A stretch of 64,000 bases of DNA, taken from a bacterium. Lineage in GTDB: Bacteria; Armatimonadota; Zipacnadia; Zipacnadales; UBA11051. Shown in pieces: positions 26,046 through 35,355 of the stretch (its first letter is position 1; each line of letters starts with the position of its first letter). The stretch lies in NCBI GenBank assembly GCA_021372615.1, contig JAJFUB010000040.1, positions 2,453-66,452 on the forward strand, read 5' to 3'. Both the position numbers and the translations under genes were made by a program. The notes under the pieces were generated by a model, which worked only from the letters and a program-made list of their open reading frames with translations, searched no databases and was not told the origin of the DNA.

Positions 26046-26699
26046 TCAGAACGGGTTATGTCCGTACAGCCGCGAGTTATCCGACGTGTAGGCGCTGTTG
26101 AAGATGGTCTGGCGTGTAAGCCACTTGCCGTGCCCATCGAGGAAGGTGACGTTCGCACCGTTGTTGTGGCGTGAGCTGCAGCGGTTCTCGTCGTTGCCGT
26201 CACCAGCGCCATTGGGATGGGCGTTGGGGTAGTGGAGCCAGCAGTAGATGATCTCATGGCCGCGCGGGTCGGTGCTGGAGGTCTGCGCATCCATGAAGAT
26301 GGCGGCCTGAGCCGGGTAAGGGATGCTACCGAGGGAGACACCGCCTCCGCAGCCGGCGTTGTGGTTGTAGACGATGCCATAGTCGGCGTTGGTGCCATGC
26401 GGGCTGCAACTGGGGCACTGCAGGACTTGCGTACTCTTCAGGTACGGCGCGATGACCTGATACCAGTGCTTGCAGCTAGTGGCCGTGCAGCCGTGGTCGC
26501 CGTACGGGGAGGTCATCTCGTCATAGTCCTGGCAGTACTGCATCTCCGCCAGCCCCAACTGCTTGATGTTGCTCAGGCAGGACGACTGCCGCGCCTTCTC
26601 GCGTGCCTTGGCGAAGACCGGGAACAGGATCGCCGCCAGGATGGCGATGATAGCGATGACCACCAGTAGCTCAATCAGTGTGAAGCCACGTGTGCGCAT
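26046..26699 (-). CDS. Prepilin-type N-terminal cleavage/methylation domain protein with H-X9-DG (DUF1559) domain
   Basis: [38 protein letters not shown] (type-IV-pilin-like leader plus hydrophobic helix), ...[13 protein letters not shown] (H-x9-DG). GGAGG RBS. Confidence 0.9.
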   Translation of the reverse strand: MRTRGFTLIELLVVIAIIAILAAILFPVFAKAREKARQSSCLSNIKQLGLAEMQYCQDYDEMTSPYGDHGCTATSCKHWYQVIAPYLKSTQVLQCPSCSPHGTNADYGIVYNHNAGCGGGVSLGSIPYPAQAAIFMDAQTSSTDPRGHEIIYCWLHYPNAHPNGAGDGNDENRCSSRHNNGANVTFLDGHGKWLTRQTIFNSAYTSDNSRLYGHNPF

Positions 26700-26915
26700 C
26701 TCGATCCTCCTTCTGCAGGTGCACGATACCCCCTACCATGATGATTTGCCGTCGTGCCATATTCCTCCTGCTTTGGCACCAGAACATTCCGCGCCCAACG
26801 AAAGACCGTGTCCTGGCAAGACATGTGAGCAGACTTGCCCACGGCGGCAAACGTTTCGCCCGCTCCTGGCCACTAAGACCCTGACGCGTCACGCATACCA
26901 CCGGGCAGGACGACC

Positions 26916-27506
26916 ATGACCATACACTTGCTGGCTCGATCTCGGCTTCGCCTCGGCCCCGACAGGATCCGTTCCCGCGATCGCGACGCGTGGAACGAAC
27001 TGGTGGCCCGCGAACACCAGCGCCTGTTCAATCTCCACCTGCGCCTGTGCGGCGACCGTGACACCGCCTCCGACCTGACGCAGGAGACCTACAAGGCGGC
27101 CTTCGAGACCGCGCACAACTTCGCGGGCCGCTGCACCGCCGAGACGTGGCTGTACGGGGTGGCGCTCAATGTGAACCGCAACTGGCGGCGACGCCAGGGG
27201 CGGGTCAGCCCGCCGGAGATCGCCGACGAGGCCCTCCCCGACCCGCAGCCATCGCCGGAGCAACTGGCGTTGCTGCATGAGCAGAGCCACCTGGTGTATG
27301 CGGCGGTGGCCGGGTTGCCGGAGACGTATCGCGAGGTCGTCGCGCTGCGCTACTTCGCGGGCGTGCCGGCGGTGGAGATCGCGGCGGCGGAGCAGATCCC
27401 GGCCGAGACGGTGCGCTGGCGCCTGCACCGGGGGCTACAACTGCTGTGGGCGGCCCTGGCGCCGCAGCTCGGAAAGGAGCAGAACCATGACACGGCGGCC
27501 AACTGA
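26916..27506 (+). CDS. RNA polymerase sigma-70 factor, ECF subfamily
   Basis: 196 aa with region 2 (DLTQETYKAAFE...) and region 4 (YREVVALRYFAGVPAVEIAAAEQIPAETVRWRLHRG). Confidence 0.9.
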   Translation: MTIHLLARSRLRLGPDRIRSRDRDAWNELVAREHQRLFNLHLRLCGDRDTASDLTQETYKAAFETAHNFAGRCTAETWLYGVALNVNRNWRRRQGRVSPPEIADEALPDPQPSPEQLALLHEQSHLVYAAVAGLPETYREVVALRYFAGVPAVEIAAAEQIPAETVRWRLHRGLQLLWAALAPQLGKEQNHDTAAN

Positions 27507-28710
27507 ACAACTGACCCCGTTGGAGGAGACCTTGACGCACCTGCCGCAGGAAGAGGCCCCGGAGGGGCTGCAGGACCGCTGCCTGGCGGCGCTGGACGCG
27601 GCCGGGCCCGAGTCGTCGGAAGAGCCCGAGTCGTTGGAGGGGCCGGCTACCAGCCGGCCCAAGCGTCCGATCCCCTGGAACCACTTCGCCGTGGCGGCCG
27701 CGGCCAGCCTGGTGATCGCGCTGGTGGCCATGCCGCTGCTGCTGTCGCCGGCCAAGTCGCCTCGGCAGCCGATCGTCAGCGCGGAGGGACCGGCCGGGCC
27801 GTCGGCCGCGGCACAGCACACCTCGTCTATGGCGGGTGGCGTCATGTACGAGGCTGCCGACGTGCCCGGTATGCCGGAGCGCAAGCCGTCCGCGGGAGCG
27901 CCCGGAGGCCCCGCCGCCATGCCCACCTCACCGGCGCCGGCCCGCGCGGCCCGCGCCCCGAACGCCACCGCCGCACACAAGGTCATGGTCGGGCGAGAGG
28001 ACATCGACCGCCTGCAACCGAGCGCCACCGTACCGGCCGTGCCGCCCATCGCCGCGGGTGCCGAGATTCGATCTGTCGTGCCGGCGCCCTCCCAGCCCTG
28101 GTACGACCGCTCCGAGGGCCGCCAGAAGATCAGCCGCCGCGCGATGCAGATCGAGGCGCCGGACGTGGAGGAGACCTACCAGCAGATCGTGGCCGCCATC
28201 GAGAAGGCGGGGGGCTACATCGAGCGCGAGGATCTGATGGTGCAGAAGGGCCAGCCGGACCGGGCGACGATCTCGGCCCGCGTCCCGGCGGCCGCCTTCG
28301 ACGCCGTGGTGCAGCAACTGCGCGGCCTGGGGAAGCTGCTGAAGCTGACGGGGAGCAGCGAGGACCGCACCCAGGAGTACAAGTCGCGCGGGGCGGACAT
28401 CCGCGGCCTGAGCGCCGCCGAGCAGGACCTCATGGACCACTACGCCCGGGAGCGCAACGCCAGCCGCAAGCAGGCCCTCAAGTGGGAGCTGGACTCCCTG
28501 CGCCGGACGCTCCACGAGGAGAAGCAGGCGCTGCTGGCGCTCGCCGCCGAGACCAACTTCGCGTACCTGGACATCCAGATCGTCGAGGGCAGCAGCTTCT
28601 GGCACAGCGTGAAGGAGAAGTCCGCCGACGCGCTCCCCATCGCCATGGCGATCGCGCTGGCCGCCCTGCCCTTCTTCGTGGTGGGGATGATGTGGAGGCG
28701 GCGAGGCTAG
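27487..28710 (+). CDS. Putative anti-sigma factor (membrane protein, DUF4349-like C-terminal domain)
   Basis: ATG overlapping the last 20 nt of the sigma gene (MTRRPTEQLTPLEE...). TM helix AVAAAASLVIALVAMPLLL, a coiled-coil region and a C-terminal TM. Confidence 0.7.
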   Translation: MTRRPTEQLTPLEETLTHLPQEEAPEGLQDRCLAALDAAGPESSEEPESLEGPATSRPKRPIPWNHFAVAAAASLVIALVAMPLLLSPAKSPRQPIVSAEGPAGPSAAAQHTSSMAGGVMYEAADVPGMPERKPSAGAPGGPAAMPTSPAPARAARAPNATAAHKVMVGREDIDRLQPSATVPAVPPIAAGAEIRSVVPAPSQPWYDRSEGRQKISRRAMQIEAPDVEETYQQIVAAIEKAGGYIEREDLMVQKGQPDRATISARVPAAAFDAVVQQLRGLGKLLKLTGSSEDRTQEYKSRGADIRGLSAAEQDLMDHYARERNASRKQALKWELDSLRRTLHEEKQALLALAAETNFAYLDIQIVEGSSFWHSVKEKSADALPIAMAIALAALPFFVVGMMWRRRG

Positions 28711-28844
28711 GCTGCGACGCGGCGGAGTGACGAGAGTCGCGGGGTGCCCGCCGTAGCGCGTAACGCGCAGGCGGACGGGGCCCCGCGACTTGCCGTGCGT
28801 CCGCCGGGGGCCTGATGCAGCGAGGGGAGAGGAGGACCCTCGGG

Positions 28845-29275
28845 TGTGTCGCCCCTCCGGGGCTCTGGGCGGGGGGAGGGATGGTGGGAGCCCTGTGGAC
28901 GGGCGCTCCCGCGCCCGCCTAGCATGAGCCGCGCCTCCGGCGCTGACGGCAGCGGCCCTTGCCCGCCGCTACTAGCCCATGCCGGTACGTCGTTGCCGTC
29001 GCCCATGCCCGGTGCCGTTGCCATCGCCCAGTGCCCGGGTGCCGTTGAGGCCCGGAGGGCCGACTCAATCTAGGCGGGGGCGGAAGCCCCCGTCACCCCC
29101 GAGCCCCTCCTTCCCCTCGGTGGAGTCGTGGGGTGCCCGCGCGTGCGGGGTCGGGTGGGTCGCCCCTCCAGGGCTCTGGGCGGGGGGAGGGATGGTGGGA
29201 GCCCTGTGGACGGGCGCTCCCGCGCCCGCCTAGCATGAGCCGCGCCTCCGGCGCTGACGGCAGCGGCCCCCTCTC
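28845..29275. repeat. Second REP cluster (two ~110-bp direct repeats carrying GCCCGCCTAGCATGAGCCGCGCCTCCGGCGCT, plus one CTAGGCGGGGGCGGAAGCCCCCGTCACC unit)
   Basis: Direct repeats at ~28848-28960 and ~29160-29270. The same cores as the RAYT-flanking REPs. Located at the convergent junction of the anti-sigma and GH116 genes. Confidence 0.8.
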
Positions 29276-29310
29276 CTGTTCCGATGGGAGCCCCGCAGGG
29301 GCGGCATGTC

Positions 29311-31896
29311 TCACCCGCACTTCACCGTCAGCTTCTCCCCCGCCCCGATCACGACCGCTTCGGCGAAGCACACGTCCCCCTCGCGCACCTCACACGCCGC
29401 CCTGGTCTTCCCCAGCTTCGCCTTCACCGTCTTGCCCTTCAGGAACGGCAGCCCGAGGCGCTCCAGACGCAGCTCGCCGTACAGCACCTTGAGCTTGGCC
29501 CCCTGCTTGTCCGCCTCGAACACGCCCCAGGCGCCCTCGACGCACCAGAAGCAGCGGAAGCCCCGGTCAAGATCGAGGGGAGCGAACGACAGCCTCGCCC
29601 GGGTCATGTCGAACTGGAACCCGCTGAAGGCATTCAGCAGCGCATAGCTGGCCATCGAGCGCGCGTAGTTGTGGCCGCACTCGATCTCGTTCCATGGGTT
29701 GCGCCGCTCGCCGTCGTAGCGGTCGCGCACCCCGCGCACCATCGCCAGGCCCTGCTTGACGCCGCCCTCCATGATGAGGTGGCAGGCCGCCTGGTACTCG
29801 AAGCCGTGCATGGTCTCTTCGGAGTAGGGCACCGGCACCACGGGCTTGCGCCGGCCCGCGGGCCACTCGACCATGACCGTCCCGGCCTCGTCGTTGAGTC
29901 CGAAGATGCGGCACGGGTTGAAGTGCTCGCGCAGGCTGGGCTTGAAGTTGTGGCGGTGGATGGCACGCAGGGCCTTGCGCACCCGCCCCGGACGGAAGAT
30001 GTCGCCCAGGCCGCACAGGCTCGCGTGCCACTGGGCCAGCACCTGGTCAATGCCGCAGCCCGCGCCGATCTGGTACTTCAGCTCCTTGTGTTCGGCATCC
30101 CAGTAGGCGCCGAAGACGCCGGGGTCGGCGGCCCTGTAGGGCTCCAGTACGCTCCGGTCCTCGAGGCTGACCTGCTGCTGATAGTACTCGCCATTGAACA
30201 GGTTGTCCTCGACCCACTCCTGACCCCGCGCCAGCAGGTCGAGGTACTGTTCCGCCGTCTCCGGCTCGCCGCAGGCCTCGGCCATCTCGGCGGCGGCCTT
30301 GAGGGCGGCCAGGTAGAAGCCGGTGAGCCAGGCGTTCGGGCCGAACAGCTCCATGTCCAGCGTGTGGTGCTGCCGCCCCCAGAGCACGCCGGTCCGGTCC
30401 GGGTCCCAGCGGTCGGTGTTGGTCGGCGCCCAGGCGAACTCTAGCGACTGCTTCACGCGCGGCCACAGGGACTTCAGCCAGGTGGTGTCGCCGCTGATCT
30501 TCCACTCCCGGTAGGTCTTGATGACCCCGCCGAGCTGCCCGTCGGCGCAGGGGCGGAAGCCGGAGCGCTGCCGCCCGATCGGCAGTTGCAGCCGGAAGGC
30601 CATGCCCCCGTCCTCGCGCATGTTGTAGCGGTAGTCCAACTCGCGCATGGAGCGCTCCAGCTTGGGGAACAGGAACGGCAGGGCGTAGGCGTAGTTCCAG
30701 ACATGCTGACAACTGCCCTCACAGCACCCGGCCTCGCACCCGCAGCCCTCAAAGCCATAGAACGACCCGTCGGTGAGGCGCAGCACGGTCGGGCTCTTGA
30801 GCAGCGAGATGTTGGCCGAGACGGCGTCCACGACTTCCGGCGGCAGCGTCGAGGCGAACAGCGCGTCCCTGAACCGCAGCGTCTCCTCCTGCAGCCGGTC
30901 CCAGTGCTTCAGCGCATACTTCGCCGTCGCCGCCGAGCCGTCGAACAGCGTGGCGTAGTAGTGCTGCCAGACCGCCGGCTGGCACTCCCCGCAGTCGCAC
31001 TTCGCGGGGTTCCAGTAGTTGGTCATGTTCGGGCAATGCCAGGCCAGCACGAAGCGCACCGTCGCGGTCTCGCCGGGGGCGACGGTGATGCGGGCGGCCA
31101 ACGTCGCGTGGTCATGCCCGCGACCCTCCTCCGGCTGGTAGCGGCGGTTGCGCAGCGCCCCCGGCTTGGTGAAGTCCTGCCAGTAGACGCCGAGGTTGTC
31201 GAACCACGAGCCGCGGAACCAGTACTCCTGGTGGCTGGCCTGCGCGGCATCGGTGGCGATGGTCAGCTCGCCCTTCGCGGGGTCGGCGGCGTCGAGGACA
31301 GTCTCCTGCAGCGCGATCGCCCGCACGCCGCCTGCCCGGCTGGCGGTGTTGACGGCGCCCCGGGCTGCGGGATTCCGCGTCGTGAAGGCGACCGTGTAGT
31401 CGAGGGTGTCGTGGCCCGTGTTGGTGACGGTGATCTGGAAGAAGGCCGCCGGGAGGCTGGAGTCGGCATCATTGAGCGGGATGAACGGATTGAAGGCCCG
31501 CAGGCGGACTTTGCCCGGGAAGCGCGGCTCGCGGAAGGCGATCTCGGCGACGGGGAACTCGCCCCGGAACTCCACCTCGCGGAAGTGGGGCAGGCCGGCC
31601 AGCGAGTCGCGCGACACGCCGAAGCCCGAGCCGAAGTACATGCTGCGGCTGGCGCCCACGTACGGCGGCGGCTCGTCGCCATGCAGCACCCGTGCGTCGA
31701 GCACCTCCCCCTCGCGCTCGGCCTTGATCGCAAAGTGCGTCTGGCCGTTGGTGCTACCCTTGGCGGGACGGCCGAAGATCTCCCAGTCCAGGAGCCGGCC
31801 ATTGCCGCCCAGACCCACGCAGCCGCTGCCGATGCCGCCGAGGGGGAAGGAGATCTGGCTGAGGTTGCGACCGGTGTAGACAGTGCCCTTCTTCAT
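29311..31896 (-). CDS. Glycoside hydrolase family 116 (GBA2-type beta-glucosidase / glucosylceramidase-like)
   Basis: 861 aa. N-terminal FPLGGIGSGCVGLGGNGRLLDWEIF is the GH116 N-domain signature. Catalytic (alpha/alpha)6 domain. GGAGA RBS. Confidence 0.9.
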   Translation of the reverse strand: MKKGTVYTGRNLSQISFPLGGIGSGCVGLGGNGRLLDWEIFGRPAKGSTNGQTHFAIKAEREGEVLDARVLHGDEPPPYVGASRSMYFGSGFGVSRDSLAGLPHFREVEFRGEFPVAEIAFREPRFPGKVRLRAFNPFIPLNDADSSLPAAFFQITVTNTGHDTLDYTVAFTTRNPAARGAVNTASRAGGVRAIALQETVLDAADPAKGELTIATDAAQASHQEYWFRGSWFDNLGVYWQDFTKPGALRNRRYQPEEGRGHDHATLAARITVAPGETATVRFVLAWHCPNMTNYWNPAKCDCGECQPAVWQHYYATLFDGSAATAKYALKHWDRLQEETLRFRDALFASTLPPEVVDAVSANISLLKSPTVLRLTDGSFYGFEGCGCEAGCCEGSCQHVWNYAYALPFLFPKLERSMRELDYRYNMREDGGMAFRLQLPIGRQRSGFRPCADGQLGGVIKTYREWKISGDTTWLKSLWPRVKQSLEFAWAPTNTDRWDPDRTGVLWGRQHHTLDMELFGPNAWLTGFYLAALKAAAEMAEACGEPETAEQYLDLLARGQEWVEDNLFNGEYYQQQVSLEDRSVLEPYRAADPGVFGAYWDAEHKELKYQIGAGCGIDQVLAQWHASLCGLGDIFRPGRVRKALRAIHRHNFKPSLREHFNPCRIFGLNDEAGTVMVEWPAGRRKPVVPVPYSEETMHGFEYQAACHLIMEGGVKQGLAMVRGVRDRYDGERRNPWNEIECGHNYARSMASYALLNAFSGFQFDMTRARLSFAPLDLDRGFRCFWCVEGAWGVFEADKQGAKLKVLYGELRLERLGLPFLKGKTVKAKLGKTRAACEVREGDVCFAEAVVIGAGEKLTVKCG

Positions 31897-31939
31897 TCGT
31901 GGGTCTCCTGCAGGATCGGGTTACGGGACAAGGCCGTGG

Positions 31940-32003
31940 GTGTCGCGTCGTGTGTGACGGGCCCCACGGCCGGCGGCGGGGCCCGGCGCACACGACGCGA
32001 CAC
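31940..32003 (-). terminator. Strong hairpin (15-bp stem GTGTCGCGTCGTGTG / CACACGACGCGACAC with inner GGGCCCC / GGGGCCC) downstream of the UroD-like gene
   Basis: Direct inspection of the inverted repeat. It lies between the uroD-like stop (32011) and the GH116 start (31896). Confidence 0.55.
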
Positions 32004-32010
32004 CCGCCGC

Positions 32011-33102
32011 CTACGTCAGCTCCTCGCACAACTCCCCCACCAGCCGCACGAGGTTCATGTCGCCATTGGGCGGCACCTGGTCGGCGGCGCCGAGCACGAA
32101 CTTGCCGTAGTCCCAGTGGTGCGCGACGATGCTCTCGACCTGCCGCTTGATGTCGTCGGCGGTGAAGGGCGGGGCGAACATGGCCCCCGGCATGCCGCCG
32201 AACAGGATCAGGTCGGGCCCGGCCAACTCCCGCAAGTCGGCGACCGCCACATCGCCGCATGGCTCCGGCGTGACCGACTCCGCGGCGTCCAGCCCCGTCG
32301 CCGCCATCAGCGGCAGGATGCCCTTGAGCGTCCCGTCGACATGGGACAGCGTCTTCTTGCCGTGATCGTGCAGCTTGCGGATCTGCTCGGTGTAGAAGTC
32401 GAACTGGTAGTCACGGAACAGGCGGGTGACGACCTCGCCGGTGAGGTTGTCGCAGAACTCCACCAGCGGCGCCGGCGAGCCGCAGATGACGTCAATGATC
32501 CGCGCGTTGCGTGCCAGCATCACCTCCACCGTCCTCTCCACCTCATCCCTCGCATCGGCGAGCAGGTACGACAGGTTCGTCACGCCGCACCATTCGGCCA
32601 GGAGCGAGGAGATGCCCCCGCGCGGGATCGCCGCCACGTGGATGCCCTGATCGCCGGTCAGCTCCAGACCCCGCAACCACGAGTCGTAGGCCGGGAAGAT
32701 CTCCTGGGCCTCGTACATGTAGCGGATGATCGCCAGATGCTCGGGCGCGGACACGGGGTACTGCAGCCAGGCCGTCGTGCCGGCGAAGGGCATGTCCGCC
32801 TGTACCCCGGTCATGCTGCCGCAGGGGCTCGTGTACGTCGTGATGACCCGGTCGCCGTCGCGCTCCTGCCGGGTCTCGATCTGGGCGTCGCTGTGCGAGC
32901 CGTAGACACCCGTGAAGCCCAGGTACATGCCGCAGTGGTGGTCGCGATGGAGGCGCACATAGCCTTCCTCGCCCTGGTACTGCTCGGGCAGGTCGCCCTG
33001 CAGGCTGTGGGCATGGCGCCAGTAGCCCAGGTCACCGAACCACGGCAAGTGGTCGGGGCGTTCCCCGGCGAAGACGGCGAGTAGTCGTTCGCGGAAGGTC
33101 AT
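32011..33102 (-). CDS. Uroporphyrinogen decarboxylase (URO-D)-family protein (MtaA/CmuA-like)
   Basis: ATG at 33102 (MTFRERLLAVFAGERPDHLPW...) with GGAGG RBS. URO-D fold motifs across 363 aa. Confidence 0.8.
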   Translation of the reverse strand: MTFRERLLAVFAGERPDHLPWFGDLGYWRHAHSLQGDLPEQYQGEEGYVRLHRDHHCGMYLGFTGVYGSHSDAQIETRQERDGDRVITTYTSPCGSMTGVQADMPFAGTTAWLQYPVSAPEHLAIIRYMYEAQEIFPAYDSWLRGLELTGDQGIHVAAIPRGGISSLLAEWCGVTNLSYLLADARDEVERTVEVMLARNARIIDVICGSPAPLVEFCDNLTGEVVTRLFRDYQFDFYTEQIRKLHDHGKKTLSHVDGTLKGILPLMAATGLDAAESVTPEPCGDVAVADLRELAGPDLILFGGMPGAMFAPPFTADDIKRQVESIVAHHWDYGKFVLGAADQVPPNGDMNLVRLVGELCEELT

Positions 33103-33131
33103 CAGCAGCCTCCATGGTGGGGACAGACCCC

Positions 33132-33962
33132 TCACGCCTCCCCCGGCTCCAGCGCCAGCGCGGCCGGGTGCCACGGCGGCGCGGGGCGACTGACCGTCAG
33201 CACATAGGCCGCCGTGGCCCCGCCGTCCTTGGCCGCGCGGGCAGCCTGGTTGACCGTCGCGCCGGTGGTGTAGACATCATCAATCAGCAGGATGCGCTTG
33301 CCGTCCACGGCGTGACCCACCGCCGCGAACGCCCCACGCACGTTGTCCTCGCGCTCCTGGGGCGTCAGGCGGATCTGGGGCGTCGTGGGCCGCGTGCGCG
33401 CGAGGCCGATGACCAGGGGCAGGCCCGTCAGGCGTGACAACTCGGTGCTCAGCAGCAGCGCCTGGTCGAAGCCGCGCCACTGGCGTCGTCGCGGGTGCAG
33501 CGGCACGGGCACCAGGCAGTCCACCTGCCCCAGCGGCAGCCCCTGTGGCGGCTCCGACTCCACCGCGAGGCGGTCGGCGAGCAGTCGCGCCAGGGGGCCC
33601 TGCAGTCGCCGCCGATTGTGGAACTTGAACTGCAGCACCGCCGTGCGCAGCGTGGCCGTATGGATCCCGACTGACCGCGCGCCGTCGTAGTACCGCCGCG
33701 TCTGCGCGCACTCGGCGCAGATGTCGCGCGTGACCGGGCTGCGCGGCAGCAGCGCCCCACACAGCCGGCATTCAGGCGGCTCATGGGGCAGCACCTGCGC
33801 CAGGCACGGCGCGCAGAAGGCCTCCGGCCCAAGCGTGTCGCAGACCTCGCAGCGCGGTGGGTAGAGCAGGTCCAGGAGGGCCTGGAGGATCGAGCGACCG
33901 GCCGAGGCACTCATGTCGCGCGCCACTTCGCCGGGGCGGGACGGCTCCCCTCCCGCCGTCAC
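33132..33962 (-). CDS. comF: ComF-family protein (phosphoribosyltransferase domain, ComFC-like)
   Basis: N-terminal double CxxC zinc finger (PPRCEVCD...CAPC...CRLCG...CAEC) and a C-terminal PRTase motif ILLIDDVYTTGATV. GTG start 4 nt after the photolyase stop; an alternative ATG lies at 33914. Confidence 0.75.
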   Translation of the reverse strand: MTAGGEPSRPGEVARDMSASAGRSILQALLDLLYPPRCEVCDTLGPEAFCAPCLAQVLPHEPPECRLCGALLPRSPVTRDICAECAQTRRYYDGARSVGIHTATLRTAVLQFKFHNRRRLQGPLARLLADRLAVESEPPQGLPLGQVDCLVPVPLHPRRRQWRGFDQALLLSTELSRLTGLPLVIGLARTRPTTPQIRLTPQEREDNVRGAFAAVGHAVDGKRILLIDDVYTTGATVNQAARAAKDGGATAAYVLTVSRPAPPWHPAALALEPGEA

Positions 33963-33968
33963 CTCGCC

Positions 33969-35342
33969 TCAGCCCCCCAGGTCCTCGACGCGCCGCAGGT
34001 AGGCGGCCATGTCGAACTTCCGCCGCAGCCCCGCCGCGTTCATGGTGCGGACCTTCCCGAAGATGGGCCGCTCCATGAAGGGCCGGTCGTGCTTGCCGAA
34101 GCACCAGGCCACATTCGCGAAGGACACCGGGTCGCGTCCATCCAAGAAGTACTTGTTGTTCAGGCACAGAATCCGGCCGAACGCCTCGCGCGGGTCAGGG
34201 CTCCACGCGATGATCTGCTTGCCCCAGTACATCCGCATGTACCCGTGCATGAAGCCTGTCAGCAGCATCTCCCGCATGGCGGCGTTCCAGTACTCGTCAT
34301 GCGTGTCGGCGGCTTCGAGCTGCTCAAGCGTGCACACGTACGGCCGCCGGTCGTGTGCGTGCTCGCCGAGCGTCTGCGCCTGCCAGCCGACGAGGCAGTC
34401 GAAGCTGTCATAGCGGGGGTTGTGGTGGACGAAGTTCATCGCCAACTCGCGCCGGACGAGGAGCTGCTCGAGGAAGCGCGCGGCCCCGTCACCGCCCACC
34501 TCCTGCGCCATGGGCGCCACCTGCAGCGGCGAGATCTGCCCGAAGTGCAGGTAGGGGCTCAGGTGCGAGGTCGCGTCGGGACCCGGCTCGCGACTCTGCT
34601 CGGGGTAGGCGGCGAGCCCCTCGCGCAGGAAGCGGCGCAGCAGCTTGAGCGCCTGGCTCGTCCCGCCGGTGAAGCGCGAGCCGCTGCCATAGCGCGGCAG
34701 CGCCGCCACACCGTCGAGGCCGTCGGTGTCGAGGTCGTCGCCGTGGAGGGGCCGGATACTATCCGGCCCGCCGTTCGCCTCTCCCCCCTCCCATCGTCGC
34801 CTCAGCCGCTCCCGCGCCACCGGCCGCAGGTACTCCCCCAGCAGCTTCGTCAGCTTCGGCCGGAGCGTGTACGCTCCGGCCTCCTCCTTGCCTGACACCT
34901 CATCCACGGGCACGACGACTTCCGTCTCGACTTGCACCACCCGGCACGGGGCGTTCCGCGCCACCTGCTCGCGCCACTGCTTCTGCAGGCGCAGGTAGCC
35001 CCGGTCGCACACGAGCAGCGACGCCTCCCCGGCCAGCGCCAGGGCTGCCGCCGGGGGCTGCCGCCGCTCGATGGCCAGGGGGATGTCGCGCTTCGCCAGC
35101 GCCGCTGCGGTCTCCCGCAGGCCCTCCAGCATGAACCGGTAGTGCCGCTCGTTGGCCTCGGGGAAGTGTGGCGTGAGGCCGAAGACGACGCGCAGGGGCT
35201 GGTCGAGGCGGTTGGCCTCGGCGATGGCGTGCTCAAGCGCCGGGTTGCACTCGGCGCGCTGGGCCGCCTGCATCCAGTACAACACGTACCGGCCCGGCTG
35301 CACCGGCCGCGTGTTGAGGTCAGTCACGCGCGCGTTGGCCAT
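33969..35342 (-). CDS. phr: Deoxyribodipyrimidine photolyase, class II (CPD photolyase)
   Basis: 457 aa. YVLYWMQAAQRAECNPALEHAI is typical of class II photolyases. C-terminal FAD-binding region is present. Confidence 0.9.
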   Translation of the reverse strand: MANARVTDLNTRPVQPGRYVLYWMQAAQRAECNPALEHAIAEANRLDQPLRVVFGLTPHFPEANERHYRFMLEGLRETAAALAKRDIPLAIERRQPPAAALALAGEASLLVCDRGYLRLQKQWREQVARNAPCRVVQVETEVVVPVDEVSGKEEAGAYTLRPKLTKLLGEYLRPVARERLRRRWEGGEANGGPDSIRPLHGDDLDTDGLDGVAALPRYGSGSRFTGGTSQALKLLRRFLREGLAAYPEQSREPGPDATSHLSPYLHFGQISPLQVAPMAQEVGGDGAARFLEQLLVRRELAMNFVHHNPRYDSFDCLVGWQAQTLGEHAHDRRPYVCTLEQLEAADTHDEYWNAAMREMLLTGFMHGYMRMYWGKQIIAWSPDPREAFGRILCLNNKYFLDGRDPVSFANVAWCFGKHDRPFMERPIFGKVRTMNAAGLRRKFDMAAYLRRVEDLGG

Positions 35343-35355
35343 ACCCGCACCCTTC

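Noticed and set aside
30586-33084. 832-aa plus-strand ORF
   Set aside because: Antisense to the GH116 and URO-D-like genes, with low-complexity translation.
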